Translations under genes and position numbers: made by a program
Notes under the pieces: generated by a model
The model's database searches: none
Told to the model about the DNA's origin: nothing
The model's input: only the letters and a program-made list of their open reading frames with translations
Shown here: in pieces, positions 43,717 to 55,168 of the stretch
Numbering within the stretch: position 1 is the stretch's first letter
Layout of the letters: every line of letters begins with the position of its first letter
DNA from: Nitrospirota bacterium
GTDB taxonomy: Bacteria > Nitrospirota > Nitrospiria > Nitrospirales > Nitrospiraceae
DNA: 64,000 bases
NCBI GenBank assembly: GCA_963701855.1
Contig: CAVPBK010000003.1
Span: forward strand, 32,001-96,000
Direction: 5' to 3'

Positions 43717-44370
43717 CTATGGTGTCGACTCTCGATCGGACTTGCCGATAGTTGTCTCTACTCCCGTAGTCGTGGCGCGAATCTTGACGGACGATGTGTC
43801 GAGGGCAGTGATCACATACCTGCCGTCTACAGAGTCGCCGTTCGCTACGACATAGAGTTCATTCCCCCGCGCAAGAAAGGCTTGCGCGACCCCGTTCTGA
43901 TCAAGAAATCCCAAGAATCGAAACGCCCCCAATTCACGCATCGTCTCCAGTCGGGCCATCTCTGTCTGCTGGGCGGCTCTTTGGGCGGCGATTTCTTGTT
44001 CCGATGGTGATGCGGGCGGTTCTGCAACGATCGGCGCAGGACTGGGTGATTGAGAAGGTTTCGCCTGACCTGAAACCGTGTGTATATTCATCTGACGGAT
44101 GGTGGCTTCCGGCGAGGGAGTATCAATGGGCGCAAATATATTGTGCGACGGTAAGTGAGGCAACTCATGTGTTTTGGCTCTGGCGAGTCGCACGGTGAAG
44201 GGATTATCGGATTCATGCGCGTGCTTTTCGGCGATGTCTTGAACCGGGCCGGACTTGAACTTCAGCGGCACACGCTCTGGAGAGGGTTGACTCATGACTT
44301 CGAAGATCACCAGCGCCGACCATGTCGCGCAGAGGAAAACGGCAAGCCATCCCTTGGTTCTCTTCGTCAT
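43717..44370 (-). CDS. Secretion-system accessory protein (PilP/GspC-like), second cluster
   Basis: HNIFAP, FRFLGFL, YVVANGD; paralog of 25133..25717. Confidence 0.6.
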   Translation of the reverse strand: MTKRTKGWLAVFLCATWSALVIFEVMSQPSPERVPLKFKSGPVQDIAEKHAHESDNPFTVRLARAKTHELPHLPSHNIFAPIDTPSPEATIRQMNIHTVSGQAKPSQSPSPAPIVAEPPASPSEQEIAAQRAAQQTEMARLETMRELGAFRFLGFLDQNGVAQAFLARGNELYVVANGDSVDGRYVITALDTSSVKIRATTTGVETTIGKSDRESTP

Positions 44371-44966
44371 GATTCCCTCTGTGTTGTGGGGTCTGGCCGT
44401 AAGAAGGTGACTATACGAACATTGAGTTCGACCAAAGACTTGCCCGCGGCGGTACGTCCTCTGGAACTGGTCACGTCGAGGCTTTCGATGACCAGATACG
44501 ACTGTGCCGTCTCAAGCCGATGAATGAATCGATAAATGTCGGCATACTCACCGATCGCGCTAAACCGAAGCGAACCTTCAACAGCAAGCCCGGTTTTTGA
44601 AGGTTGGATTGAGTATGTCATCCCAGGAATGGAGACTCGTAGCTGTTTGCCAAACTCTGAAATTGCGACAGCAAGTGCAGGGAATTGACGCTGGGTCGGT
44701 AACGTCTGCCATAATTTTTCGAGGTCGCGCTGACTGTCTCGAACCAGTCCCTGGACCCGTTTGGCCGCGACGCGTTTCCCCTGGGCCTGTTTGGCCTCCT
44801 CATAGGCCGCTTGCAATGTTTCGACGCGCGATCGGGATGGTTCGAGGAGCAGCCAATAACTGCCGAGAACGCAACCGATTCCTACGGCAACAAAGGCCAT
44901 GAGCGGGACGAGCCCATAGAGTGCGGGATATGGAATCTGCGAGAGTGGTGATTTGACGAGCGCCAT
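44367..44966 (-). CDS. PilO-like protein
   Basis: TM; GEYADIYRFIHRLET...LVIESL. Confidence 0.8.
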   Translation of the reverse strand: MALVKSPLSQIPYPALYGLVPLMAFVAVGIGCVLGSYWLLLEPSRSRVETLQAAYEEAKQAQGKRVAAKRVQGLVRDSQRDLEKLWQTLPTQRQFPALAVAISEFGKQLRVSIPGMTYSIQPSKTGLAVEGSLRFSAIGEYADIYRFIHRLETAQSYLVIESLDVTSSRGRTAAGKSLVELNVRIVTFLRPDPTTQRES

Positions 44967-44977
44967 GCTGCAGACAC

Positions 44978-45640
44978 CTACAATGTTTGGTGGTATGTCA
45001 CGGTGAGCGTAAAGTCGATGACATCGGTCGATCGCTGATTCGGCCGGTCCTCTGCAACCGCTTCAGTCGATCTGCGGGCTGGCCCGACATTCGTATGGAT
45101 GTTGTGCTCAGTCAGGCCCACTCTCGAGAATGTTCCTGCCTCGTTGAGCTTCGTTACCAACGCGTCCAGGTCTTGTATCGTTTTCACCGTGCCTTGCAAC
45201 CGTATCGTCGAATCCTGAAAATTGAGACGGACTGAATTGATCGATACGCGGGGAGGCATTCCCTCCTCAAGGTTGTGGAGCATTTCGGTCCAAGAGAAGT
45301 CGCGCTTTTCCGTTAATTGGTTCGCGAACGCGATTTCTTTGCGCACCGCATTGATCTGTTCGTCCGTCAGCGTGAGCCCCGCACGTGCCATATCTTCTGC
45401 AAACAGCTGCGTGACTCGGTGCTGGCGGGTCAATGCGTGTTCGTAATAATCTGACTGCTCGTCGAGGAACCGGCTTTCCTGCATGAACGAAACGGCGAAT
45501 CCAAGACTCGTTAGGACAATGAGGGAGAGGGTCCACTGTATCCGTCTTACAACGGCGATGGCAGGAGACCGGAAGGACAGATGCATGGTCGGGACCCATT
45601 GCTGCCGGCTGAATATGGGGTAATCTTTCATGATTCTCAT
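44978..45640 (-). CDS. PilN-like protein
   Basis: ANQLTEKRDFSWTEMLHNLEEGMPPRVSINSV, FTLTVTY; start uncertain. Confidence 0.8.
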   Translation of the reverse strand: MRIMKDYPIFSRQQWVPTMHLSFRSPAIAVVRRIQWTLSLIVLTSLGFAVSFMQESRFLDEQSDYYEHALTRQHRVTQLFAEDMARAGLTLTDEQINAVRKEIAFANQLTEKRDFSWTEMLHNLEEGMPPRVSINSVRLNFQDSTIRLQGTVKTIQDLDALVTKLNEAGTFSRVGLTEHNIHTNVGPARRSTEAVAEDRPNQRSTDVIDFTLTVTYHQTL

Positions 45641-45657
45641 CACAGAGCGTCTATTCG

Positions 45658-46668
45658 TTACTGCATGGTAAGAGATGCCAGTGCCGATAATCCTGAAGTC
45701 CAGTGAATGTCCGAAGCAGGCCAGGCAATCGGCAATAAATCTTTCTTGAGTGAGCACATGTTGATGCGTAAGGAATCAGTCATGGTCATTTCCAGAGCGG
45801 CAGGGGAGGCGTCTCCAATCGTGGCGTCCAGGCGTTCTGATGGATGGACAGAGTCGTTTCCCAAGATATAGAGAGACCTTGGTGAGGATTGAGGCTTGGC
45901 GCCCATTGAGGCACAAAGTTCATCGTAGTATTGAATCGAAGCCATCAATTCAAGTTGTCGATGGGCTGGAGCCTTTGGCAAGGGCTTACTTCGCAGCAGG
46001 AACGGACAGGCATGGCGGATTGCCACAAAGAAAAATTGATCGTCCAGAAAACTTGCAAAGAACCACTCGTCATCTTGACGAATCATCGCTCGACTGAGGT
46101 CGAAAAGCTGAAGCCCCTGAATCCCCACCGCCACAGGCAGCAGACCAGCCTGTTCGCATGCCTGTTCGTATTGAGTGAGCACGTTGTTCCGAATGGCGGC
46201 CGCAAGGATGCGATGTTTCGAGCAGTCTAAAAGTTTGTCTCCAGCAGGCAGTCCAAATGCACGGTAGGCAACCCGGCAATCGGCGGCGGGGATCTGCAGA
46301 TCCTTTTCGAGCTTCCAACGGACAAGGGATGCGCACTCAGTTGGGTTCTCTGGAAGCACGTCGAAGTCCAACAAGGCTATGTGGGCACATTGATTCGGGA
46401 GGCTCAGGGCTACGGACGCACAACGGCGTGATCCAATCAACGTGGTGAGATCCCTGGCGAAGGCGGCGACCTCGGAGATATTGTTTTCTTCTGTGGATAG
46501 GCGGACGAGTTGGGTTGCGAGATGATGCCGCTTCAGTGCCCGGATGCGACGGCGTCGCAACGGCCAGAGTGAAGGGGAAAGCTCTACAGAGGTGACTGTC
46601 TGGGCGGTCAGACTTAAGCCGATGGAGGGTTTTTGCGCAGGGAATAATTGCATCATGTTACCCAACAA
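45658..46668 (-). CDS. PilM/GspL-like protein
   Basis: VALSLP, LVRWKL, VLTQYEQACEQAGL. Confidence 0.7.
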   Translation of the reverse strand: MLGNMMQLFPAQKPSIGLSLTAQTVTSVELSPSLWPLRRRRIRALKRHHLATQLVRLSTEENNISEVAAFARDLTTLIGSRRCASVALSLPNQCAHIALLDFDVLPENPTECASLVRWKLEKDLQIPAADCRVAYRAFGLPAGDKLLDCSKHRILAAAIRNNVLTQYEQACEQAGLLPVAVGIQGLQLFDLSRAMIRQDDEWFFASFLDDQFFFVAIRHACPFLLRSKPLPKAPAHRQLELMASIQYYDELCASMGAKPQSSPRSLYILGNDSVHPSERLDATIGDASPAALEMTMTDSLRINMCSLKKDLLPIAWPASDIHWTSGLSALASLTMQ

Positions 46669-48379
46669 ATGTGATTCGATTCATCTCTCGCAAGGTCGTC
46701 TGACCTTTCAGGACTTTCTCCAGACCCGCCTCACGAAGTGTGGTCATGCCGTCTGCAAGAGCGGCTTTGCGAATCTCGGCGGTCGGTTTCCGATCCAGGA
46801 TCAGAGCTTTGATGGGATCACTCAGAGCAAGAAACTCCGTAATGGCCTGCCGTCCCAGATACCCGAGACCATGGCATTCCACGCATCCCTTTCCCTCATA
46901 AATCGGCTGATCCTTGAGGCCGTCGTAATCCAGATCGAACTCCTCGCATTGAAGACGAGTCACTGATACCAGCGTCTTGCAGGAAGGGCAGATCGTTCGA
47001 ATCAGTCGCTGGGCCATAATACAGTTGAGTGACGACACAAAGTTATACGGCTCGATCCCCATATTAACGAATCGGCCGATGACATCGAAGGCATTGTTGG
47101 CGTGAACGGTTGTAAAGACCAGATGACCGGTCAAGGCTGAAGCGATCGCGATCTGGGCCGTTTCTGCATCTCGAATTTCCCCCACCATAATCTTGTCCGG
47201 ATCGTGGCGCAGGATGGAACGAAGTCCCCGCGCAAATGTGAGGCCTTTTTTCTCGTTCACCGGAATTTGTATGACCCCCTTGAGAAGATACTCGACCGGA
47301 TCCTCGATGGTGATAAACTTATCTTCCTTGGTGTTGACCTCGCTGATGGCGGCGTACAACGTCGTCGTCTTCCCGCTCCCTGTCGGGCCTGTCACCAGGA
47401 TCATGCCGTAGGAGGCAGTGATCGCCCGCCTGAATCGGCGAAGGTTCTCCGGTTTCATACCGAGTGAGTCGAGGTGCAGGCCTTTCGGACTCGTGGTGAA
47501 CTCTTCCTTGGCCAGAATGCGAATCACTGCAGATTCTCCGAACGCACTCGGCAGGATTGAGACCCGGAAGTCCACGAGGCGTTTATCCAGCCGCAACTTG
47601 AATCGCCCGTCCTGCGGCACGCGGCGCTCGGCGATGTCTAATTCCGACATGACCTTGAGGCGAGAGATGAGCGAGTTGTGGAACTTGCTGTCGAGAGGTT
47701 CCATGGCCAGGTAGAGAATTCCGTCGATCCGATATTTCACCTCGGTCAAGCCGTCGGTCGGCTCAATGTGAATATCGCTCGCCCGTTTCCGCAGGGCATT
47801 GAGGATGATGGTGTCCAGCAGACGGACGACGGGGCTTTGATCATTGTTGATCCGCTCGATGGAAAGAACTTCGTCGCCTTCTTCGCTCTCCTGCACGAGG
47901 ACTGGGCGAAACTCATCCTGGACCCGCGCGACCATCTTGCTGTTCCGCTCGTTTTTCTTGATTGCCTCGAGAATCGCCGAACGAGGCGCCACGACAAGGG
48001 ACAACTCCTTCTTGAGCAGATGTTCGAGATGGTCGAAGGTTGCCAGGTCGTGGGGGGTCGGCACGGCGATGGTCAGAACCTCTTCATGGAGATGAAGGGG
48101 AGCGAAGCAGTAGCGTGTCATCCATTCCGGCAAGATGTCTGAATAGGCCTCAAAATCCACTTGGAAATCCTGAAGCGCAGTATATTCAAGACCATATTGC
48201 TCCGCGAGTGCTGCAGCTAAGTCCGACTCGGAGAGCAGGCCTTCGGCCATCAACATGTCCGCAAGGAGACGTTCCGAGCGGTTGGCCGATTGAAAACGAT
48301 CCTCGAACTGGTCGCGGTCGATCAGGTTCCTGCGGATCAGGATGTCGGCGAGCCGTGAGTGTTTGACGGTGCTTGGCAT
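46658..48379 (-). CDS. gspE: GspE/PilB ATPase, second copy
   Basis: RASDIHIEP, GPTGSGKTT, LRHDPDKIMVGEIRD; closely similar to 21052..22779. Confidence 0.95.
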   Translation of the reverse strand: MPSTVKHSRLADILIRRNLIDRDQFEDRFQSANRSERLLADMLMAEGLLSESDLAAALAEQYGLEYTALQDFQVDFEAYSDILPEWMTRYCFAPLHLHEEVLTIAVPTPHDLATFDHLEHLLKKELSLVVAPRSAILEAIKKNERNSKMVARVQDEFRPVLVQESEEGDEVLSIERINNDQSPVVRLLDTIILNALRKRASDIHIEPTDGLTEVKYRIDGILYLAMEPLDSKFHNSLISRLKVMSELDIAERRVPQDGRFKLRLDKRLVDFRVSILPSAFGESAVIRILAKEEFTTSPKGLHLDSLGMKPENLRRFRRAITASYGMILVTGPTGSGKTTTLYAAISEVNTKEDKFITIEDPVEYLLKGVIQIPVNEKKGLTFARGLRSILRHDPDKIMVGEIRDAETAQIAIASALTGHLVFTTVHANNAFDVIGRFVNMGIEPYNFVSSLNCIMAQRLIRTICPSCKTLVSVTRLQCEEFDLDYDGLKDQPIYEGKGCVECHGLGYLGRQAITEFLALSDPIKALILDRKPTAEIRKAALADGMTTLREAGLEKVLKGQTTLREMNRITFVG

Positions 48380-48428
48380 TGTGTCTATACCTAAATTAAT
48401 ACATCTGTACACGTCGGTGATGGGAGGA

Positions 48429-48913
48429 TCAGCCTCCGTCCAGCCTGTATATATCGGTGGTCAGCCCATTGATCCGTTTCAGCTCTTTTATATTTATGGC
48501 GTGTTCGTGAGCCAGCTTCCAGAGAGTCGTCGGCTTGGATTGAATGAGGCACTGTTGGGGCGATCGGTCCGATGTGTGGCCTGGTCGGGGCGTCGGCTTT
48601 GGCGAGGCCAAGAGCACCGCACGCGGGACAATCTGTGATTGCGTGGTTTCGTTTTGGGCCACAAGCACTGGACAAGCCTCCGTAGCGTGTCCAGACGATT
48701 CGTGACTAGGTCTCACAAAAGTTGCCCGGACTTTGTTCGAGATCTCCTTTTTCATTTTCGCCACTTCCATCTTATGGACCGTGAACGACTGCTACAGCAA
48801 GCATTCAGCGAGAGGCGGACCAAGAAGACCATGCTGAATCCGATGGTCCTGTTTATCGATGTGCTGCTCATGAGACTCCCGTTCAATTGTCGGCGTGCGT
48901 TTCTGATCCTCAT
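48429..48913 (-). pseudogene. Decayed copy of the LysM coiled-coil lipoprotein gene (internal deletion and frameshifts)
   Basis: Starts MRIRNARRQLNGSLMSSTSINRTIGFS like 54233..55168; coiled coil missing; ends in LWKLAHEHAINIKELKRINGLTTD. Confidence 0.85.
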
Positions 48914-51900
48914 GTTCCGATCGGCGTTGCCATGTCAGCCTGAATCTCGGCTACGGACAAGGCGCGGTTGTAAATCCGCACCTCGTCGATGATCCCTTGG
49001 AAATAATAGCCGGCGGGGCGGCGCCCGATATTCACGTTTTGGGGGGAATTCACCAGGGCAGCCGGCACGGTGCCACTTAAGACCCCGTTGTCTAAGACGC
49101 CGTTCACATAGATGTCCAGTGTTTGGGCCGTGGCGTTGTACACCCCCGCCACGTGATACCAGGTATTGAGGGCCCGGGTGGTGGTGCTGTAGCGCTGGAC
49201 GTTGGTGGACCCGTTGGGAGAGACCGCCACGGCAAACCTGTGGGGCCCCGTATCGGGGCTCGTCTTCAATTGCCAGCCGTCGGGGCCGGCCGACTTGGCG
49301 ATAATCTGTCCGTCATTGGGCGGATTGCCGGTGGCGAAGACCCAGGCGCTCCAGGTCATGCTGCCGGTGAGTTGGAGTGGGATCGGATTGCCGAGATCCA
49401 CATAACTGGTCATCCCGTCGAAGGCGAGGGCATTTCCGTATTTGCCCGCCGGGGTCCAGGTCGCGCCAGCCAGCGTGCCGGTGAGACCATTGCCGGAGGC
49501 ATCCGCGGTGGTCGTGCCGGTCCCCGCGTCGAAGGCATAGGCGGCCACCCGGCCGGTGGCGGCCGTGGTGGCGCTGGCAATATTGGAGTACCCGCTGAAG
49601 TTGCCTGCCGCATCGGTGGCGCGCACCTGATAGCGGTACGTGCTGGCAGGCAGCAGGCCGGTGTCACTGTAAGTTGTGCCGGTGGGGGTCGCGATCTGCA
49701 CAAAGGTGGTGCAGGTCGTGCCTTGACACCGTTCGACCGCATAGCCGGTGACGCCGATGTTGTCCGTGGCGGCGGTCCAACCCAGAGTGATTTGGCTGGT
49801 GCCAGCCGCGGTCGCGGTGACGCCGCTCGGGGCCGTGGGCGGAGTGGTATCCGACGCTTGAGTTGTGGCCCCGGCAATTGCGGAATAAGGCCCCAGATTG
49901 CCCACCGCATCGGTGGCGCGCACCTGATAGCGGTAGGTGGAGGAGGAGGTGAGGCCCGTATCGCCAAAGCTGGTGCCGGTCGGCTGTCCCACTTCGACGA
50001 AGTTGACACAGGCGACGCCTTGGCAGCGCTCCACGCGATAGCCCGTGACACCCACATTATCCGTAGCCGCGGTCCAGGTGAGATTGATCTGCGTCGCGCT
50101 CGCCACCGTCGCGGTGACGCCAGCCGGGGCGGTGGGCGGGGTCATATCTGAGCCCTGCGAGCCCACCGGCGTATTCATATCCGTCGCAACTTCGGCTGCG
50201 GACAAGGCGCGGTTGTAAATCCGCACCTCGTCGATGATCCCTTGGAAATAATAGCCGGCGGGGCGGCGCCCGATATTCACGTTTTGGGGGGAATTCACCA
50301 GGGCAGCCGGCACGGTGCCACTTAAGACCCCGTTGTCTAAGACGCCGTTCACATAGATGTCCAGTGTTTGGGCCGTAGCGTTGTACACCCCCGCCACGTG
50401 ATACCAGGTATTGAGGACCCGGGTGGTGGTGCTGTAGCGCTGGACGATGGTGGACCCGTTGGGAGAGACCGCCACGCCAAACGTGTGGGGCCCCGTATCG
50501 GGGTTGTTTTCAATTGCCAGCCGTCGGGGCCGGCCGACTTGGCGATAATCTGTCCGTCATTGGGCGGATTGCCGGTGGCGAAGACCCAGGCGCTCCAGGT
50601 CATGCTGCCGGTGAGTTGGAGTGGGATCGGATTGCCGAGATCCACATAACTGGTCATCCCGTCGAAGGCGAGGGCATTTCCGTATTTGCCCGCCGGGGTC
50701 CAGGTCGCGCCAGCCAGCGTGCCGGTGAGACCATTGCCGGAGGCATCCGCGGTGGTCGTGCCGGTCCCCGCGTCGAAGGCATAGGCGGCCACCCGGCCGG
50801 TGGCGGCCGTGGTGGCGCTGGCAATATTGGAGTACCCGCTGAAGTTGCCCGCCGCATCGGTGGCGCGCACCTGATAGCGGTACGTGCTGGCAGGCAGCAG
50901 GCCGGTGTCACTGTAAGTTGTGCCGGTGGGGGTCGCGATCTGCACAAAGGTGGTGCAGGTCGTGCCTTGACACCGTTCGACCGCATAGCCGGTGACGCCG
51001 ATGTTGTCCGTGGCGGCGGTCCAGCCCAGAGTGATTTGGCTGGTGCCAGCCGCGGTCGCGGTGACGCCGCTCGGGGCCGTGGGCGGAGTGGTATCCGACG
51101 CTTGAGTTGTGGCCCCGGCAATTGCGGAATAAGGCCCCAGATTGCCCACCGCATCGGTGGCGCGCACCTGATAGCGGTAGGTGGAGGAGGAGGTGAGGCC
51201 CGTATCGCCAAAGCTGGTGCCGGTCGGCTGTCCCACTTCGACGAAGTTGACACAGGCGACGCCTTGGCAGCGCTCCACGCGATAGCCCGTGACACCCACA
51301 TTATCCGTAGCCGCGGTCCAGGTGAGATTGATCTGCGTCGCGCTCGCCACCGTCGCGGTGACGCCAGCCGGGGCGGTGGGCGGGGTCATATCTGAGCCCT
51401 GCGAGCCCACCGGCGTATTCATATCCGTCGCAACTTCGGCTGCGGACAAGGCGCGGTTGTAAATCCGCACCTCGTCGATCAAGCCCTGAAAGAACTCGGT
51501 GGGATAGGTGTTCCCGCCGATACGCAGTGAGGTCGTGGTCGTCTGGATCAGTCCCGTGGCCGGCATGCTGCTCACCAGCCCGCCGTTGATGTAGAGCTGA
51601 ATCAGCGTGCCGTTATAAGTGGCGGCGACGTGGGTCCAGGTATTGGGCACCAGGGCCGCGGTAGCATAGACGTTCGTACAGCAGGTGGTGCCAAAGGTGG
51701 CGCCGCTGGCCGGCCGATTCTGCTGACTCGAGCTGGCGGTTAGGAAGTAGGCGTCCGCTTCTTTTTGGAGAATGGCCTTCCAGCCCGAGAGGGTCGCCGT
51801 GGGGTTTACCCAGGCTTCCAAGGTCATGGCCGTGCTGAGATTCAACGAGGCACTGGCGGGGACGAGAATAAGGTCATTGACCCCATCGAAACTGACTGCG

Positions 51901-54170
51901 GCACCGAATTTTCCTGTGGCATTCCAGGTGGGGCCGTTGGTCAAGGTGCCGGTGTTGGCGTTGCCTGAAGTATCGCCGGTGGTGGTGCCGGCCCCTTCAT
52001 TGAAGGCGTAGGCGGCAACCAAGTCCGTGGTGGGGGCGGCGGTCGTGGTACTGGCCACATTGGAGTAATTTACACTTAGATTCCCGGAGACGTCGAGGGC
52101 TCGGACGCGGTAGCTATAGCTGGTCCTGGCTGTCAGGCCTGGATCGCTATAACTGTTCGTGGTCGGGGTCGCGATCTGCACAAAGGTGCTGCAGCCGGCC
52201 CCTTGGCAGCGCTCCACCTGATAGGTCACGCCCCCGCCTCCCGGATCGGTGGAGGCGGTCCAGTTGAGGTTGACCTGAACAGGACCAGCAGCGGTGGAGA
52301 CCAGTACAACTGGATCGGTTGGTGGAGTCGTGTCGGTATGACTGGCAGGTTAACGCTCGTTGTATGGGTTAAGCCGCTCGAATCCGTCGCGGTCAATCGA
52401 ATCTCATAGGAGTAGGTGCCGATGATGCCATGATTTTGAATGGTGACTGATCCCGTTGGCCCGATGGTGAACAGTTGCGTATGGGTGTGGTCGTTATGGT
52501 GCAAGAGAATGATCCAACTGAGGCCCGTCGACGGATGGCGCCGTCCTCTGGGTCGATTGCGGAGCCTTGATAGGTGATGATCTGTCCGGGTGTGACGTTA
52601 GTCCCGTTGAGAGGGGCCTGGATGGTGGCGGTCGGAGGCAGGCTGCCGACCGTGACCTTGACGGTCGCAGAGGCGCGCTGACTTGTATTATTGGTGACGG
52701 TCAAAGTGGCGGCAAAGGTTTGGACCGTGGTCGATGCATAGGCATGAATTGGATTTGCCGCGGTTGAGGTCTGCCCGTCCCTGAAATCCCAGAGGTAGGT
52801 CAAGGGACTAGCGTTCGGATCGCTCGACCCGGCACTGGAGAAATTCACTGAGAGCGGAGAATAACCGGAGGAGGGGGTGGCAGTGGCCACAGCCGAGGGG
52901 CCGTTATAGCGAATCCTTTTGACCTCTCCTGTGAGGATCGAAACATAGTACAGCATGCCGTCCGGTCCTAATTCCATATGGACCGGGCCGGAGAGTCCAG
53001 TGGCAAAGGGCACGGTGCTTGTGAGGTTGCCGGCCCCGTCGAAGACCATCCGCATGATCCAACCCTGGCTATAGTCCATAATGAACCAATTGCCTCGATA
53101 CACTTCCGGGTATAGGGTTGCGGTATAAAAGGGCCCCCCAATGATGCACACGCCGACAATCGGTGCGCCTTGCGCTGGGGAATTCCAGTGTGGGGGTACG
53201 AGAGGAGTGGTGCCGTCACCACACTGGGTGTCAGGGGGGCGCATTGAGCAGGGAAGGTGGCTTGGTAGGATGGTTGAGGATCGACCCCTTCATAGCAAGG
53301 CCAGCCGAAGTTCTTGCCACGTCCGCGGCCGAGTTCTTCCCAGGTATTCCACCCCACGTCTGCAAAATAGGGTTCTCCGGAGATCGGGTGGAGGGTGAAT
53401 CGATAGGGATTGCGGAGTCCATAGGAGTAGACTTTCGACTTGATCGAATTGGTGCCATCGTCGAAGGGATTGTCTCCAGGGGCGGTGCCGTCCTCATTGA
53501 GACGCAGGATTTTTCCACGCAGATCATTGAGGTCTTGCGCGACAAATGAGTGGACATCGACAAAGCCTGCATTGGAGTCATCTCCGTACCCCATAAAGAG
53601 TTTGCCGTCGGGCCAACAGCAGGGTGCCGACCGAATGATTATGAGCGTCATTGGGAATGCTCAACAGAATCGTTTCGCTGTTGGCCAGGGCGACATCGGG
53701 GGTTTGGGGATTAACCGTAAATCGGGAGAGCCGGGCAACTTTTGGGCTTGAGTCGTTGGGATTGCCGCCATCTTCGCGGATATAGCTGACATACACATAC
53801 CCGTTCGCAAGGAAGTTGGGGTGAACGCGAAGCCCAACATGCCACGATCGTCAAACCCGTTGACGTAAGCGCTGATGTCCAAGAACGGGGTGGCGAGCAG
53901 TTGGCCGTTCTTATAAATTCGAATCACGCCATTGCGCTGCCAGATGAACATACGTCCGTCGCTCGCCCACGTGACTCCGACCGGCAAGAATGGAGGGAGG
54001 GTCGTGACGACTTCCGAAGTAAAGCCCGGGTCGCTAAACGTTTGGGCCTGTGCTAGAGGAGGGAATGATTGTCCGACTGCACCACAGACGATCGTGAGAA
54101 TGAGGGCAGCCATCAGCGCCGAGAACTTTCTCAGAGAACCCCGAAATCTGTTGTTATTCACGATGGTCAT
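48910..54170 (-). pseudogene. Giant secreted protein A: GSDH propeller-PKD-Ig-FN3-LamG-(FN3-FN3-LamG)x2, split by multiple frameshifts (real or assembly error)
   Basis: Collinear fragments 53661-54188, 53578-53796, 52968-53651, 52393-53244, 52226-52504, 50349-52229 and 48910-50475 parallel gene B domain by domain. Confidence 0.8.
48952..51480. repeat. Two near-identical ~1244-bp tandem units (FN3-FN3-LamG)
   Basis: Near-identical shadow ORFs at 49410 and 50654, offset 1244. Confidence 0.93.
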
Positions 54171-54232
54171 TTTCCCTAGAGAACGCACTTTCTTTCTTCA
54201 GATCCTGTCCGCCCCCACAGGGGACAGGTTGT

Positions 54233-55168
54233 TCAGTTGACAGAATCGTTGCACGACGAAGCGAGAGAGCACTGACGATCGCCGGGCCCGCCACTTGATG
54301 GCAGGATCAGCCGTTGTCCAACCTGAACCACGTCGGTGGTCAGCCCATTGACCCGTTTCAACTCGTTTATGGTTGTAGCGTGATCGTTGGCCAGCTTCCA
54401 GAGAGAGTCGCCGGGGCGGACTCGAATGAGCCTCTGCTGGGGAGATAGATCCGATGTGTGGTCTGGAGAGGGCGTCTGTTCTGTTGGGGCTAGGAACAAC
54501 GCACTCGGGACGATCCGTGGTTGCGCAGGTTTGTCTCGAACCACACGCTCACGAGAAGCCTCCGCATTATGTCCAGACGATTCGCGACTAGTTCTCACAG
54601 CAGTCTCTCGGACTGTGTTCGCGAAACGCTGTTTTATCTGCGCCAGCTCATCGGTCAATATCACCATGCGAGCATTGAGTTCCTTCATGTCCGTTTGAAC
54701 GTCGGCCCCATCGAGCTTCGTCGAGGCGCTCGAATCCTGGCGTCCGAGGCTCAGGGTCTGAGTCTGCGCCAGAGCCTGTTTCAGTTCATCCCGTTCGATT
54801 TGTAGCGCGTTCACGGCGGAGTGGGCCTGCTCCAGCATTTTCCGAAGTTCCCCCCGATCAGCTTCTAGGACAGTGGCTTTACGACTCAACTCCGCGGCTT
54901 CTCCTTCCTGTTTGGATGTCGCAATGCGAGCTGCTGCAAGGTCTCGACGGAGTGCAGCAACCTCTGCTTGGGCGTTGTGAACCAATGCGTCCGCCTGAGC
55001 GCGGCCGGTCGTGGTCTCGAGAAGCCCGGAAGCCGATCGTTCACTGCTACAGCCGACAGTCAATGGGAGACAGGCCAAGAAGACTATGCTGAATCCGATG
55101 GCCCTGTTCATTGATGTGCTGCTCATTAGACTCCCGGGCAACTGGTGGCGTCCGTTTCTGATCCTCAT
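54233..55168 (-). CDS. Coiled-coil lipoprotein with a C-terminal LysM domain
   Basis: LTVGC lipobox, VRPGDSLWKLANDH...NGL...VQVGQRL; ATGA overlap with gene B stop. Confidence 0.88.
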   Translation of the reverse strand: MRIRNGRHQLPGSLMSSTSMNRAIGFSIVFLACLPLTVGCSSERSASGLLETTTGRAQADALVHNAQAEVAALRRDLAAARIATSKQEGEAAELSRKATVLEADRGELRKMLEQAHSAVNALQIERDELKQALAQTQTLSLGRQDSSASTKLDGADVQTDMKELNARMVILTDELAQIKQRFANTVRETAVRTSRESSGHNAEASRERVVRDKPAQPRIVPSALFLAPTEQTPSPDHTSDLSPQQRLIRVRPGDSLWKLANDHATTINELKRVNGLTTDVVQVGQRLILPSSGGPGDRQCSLASSCNDSVN

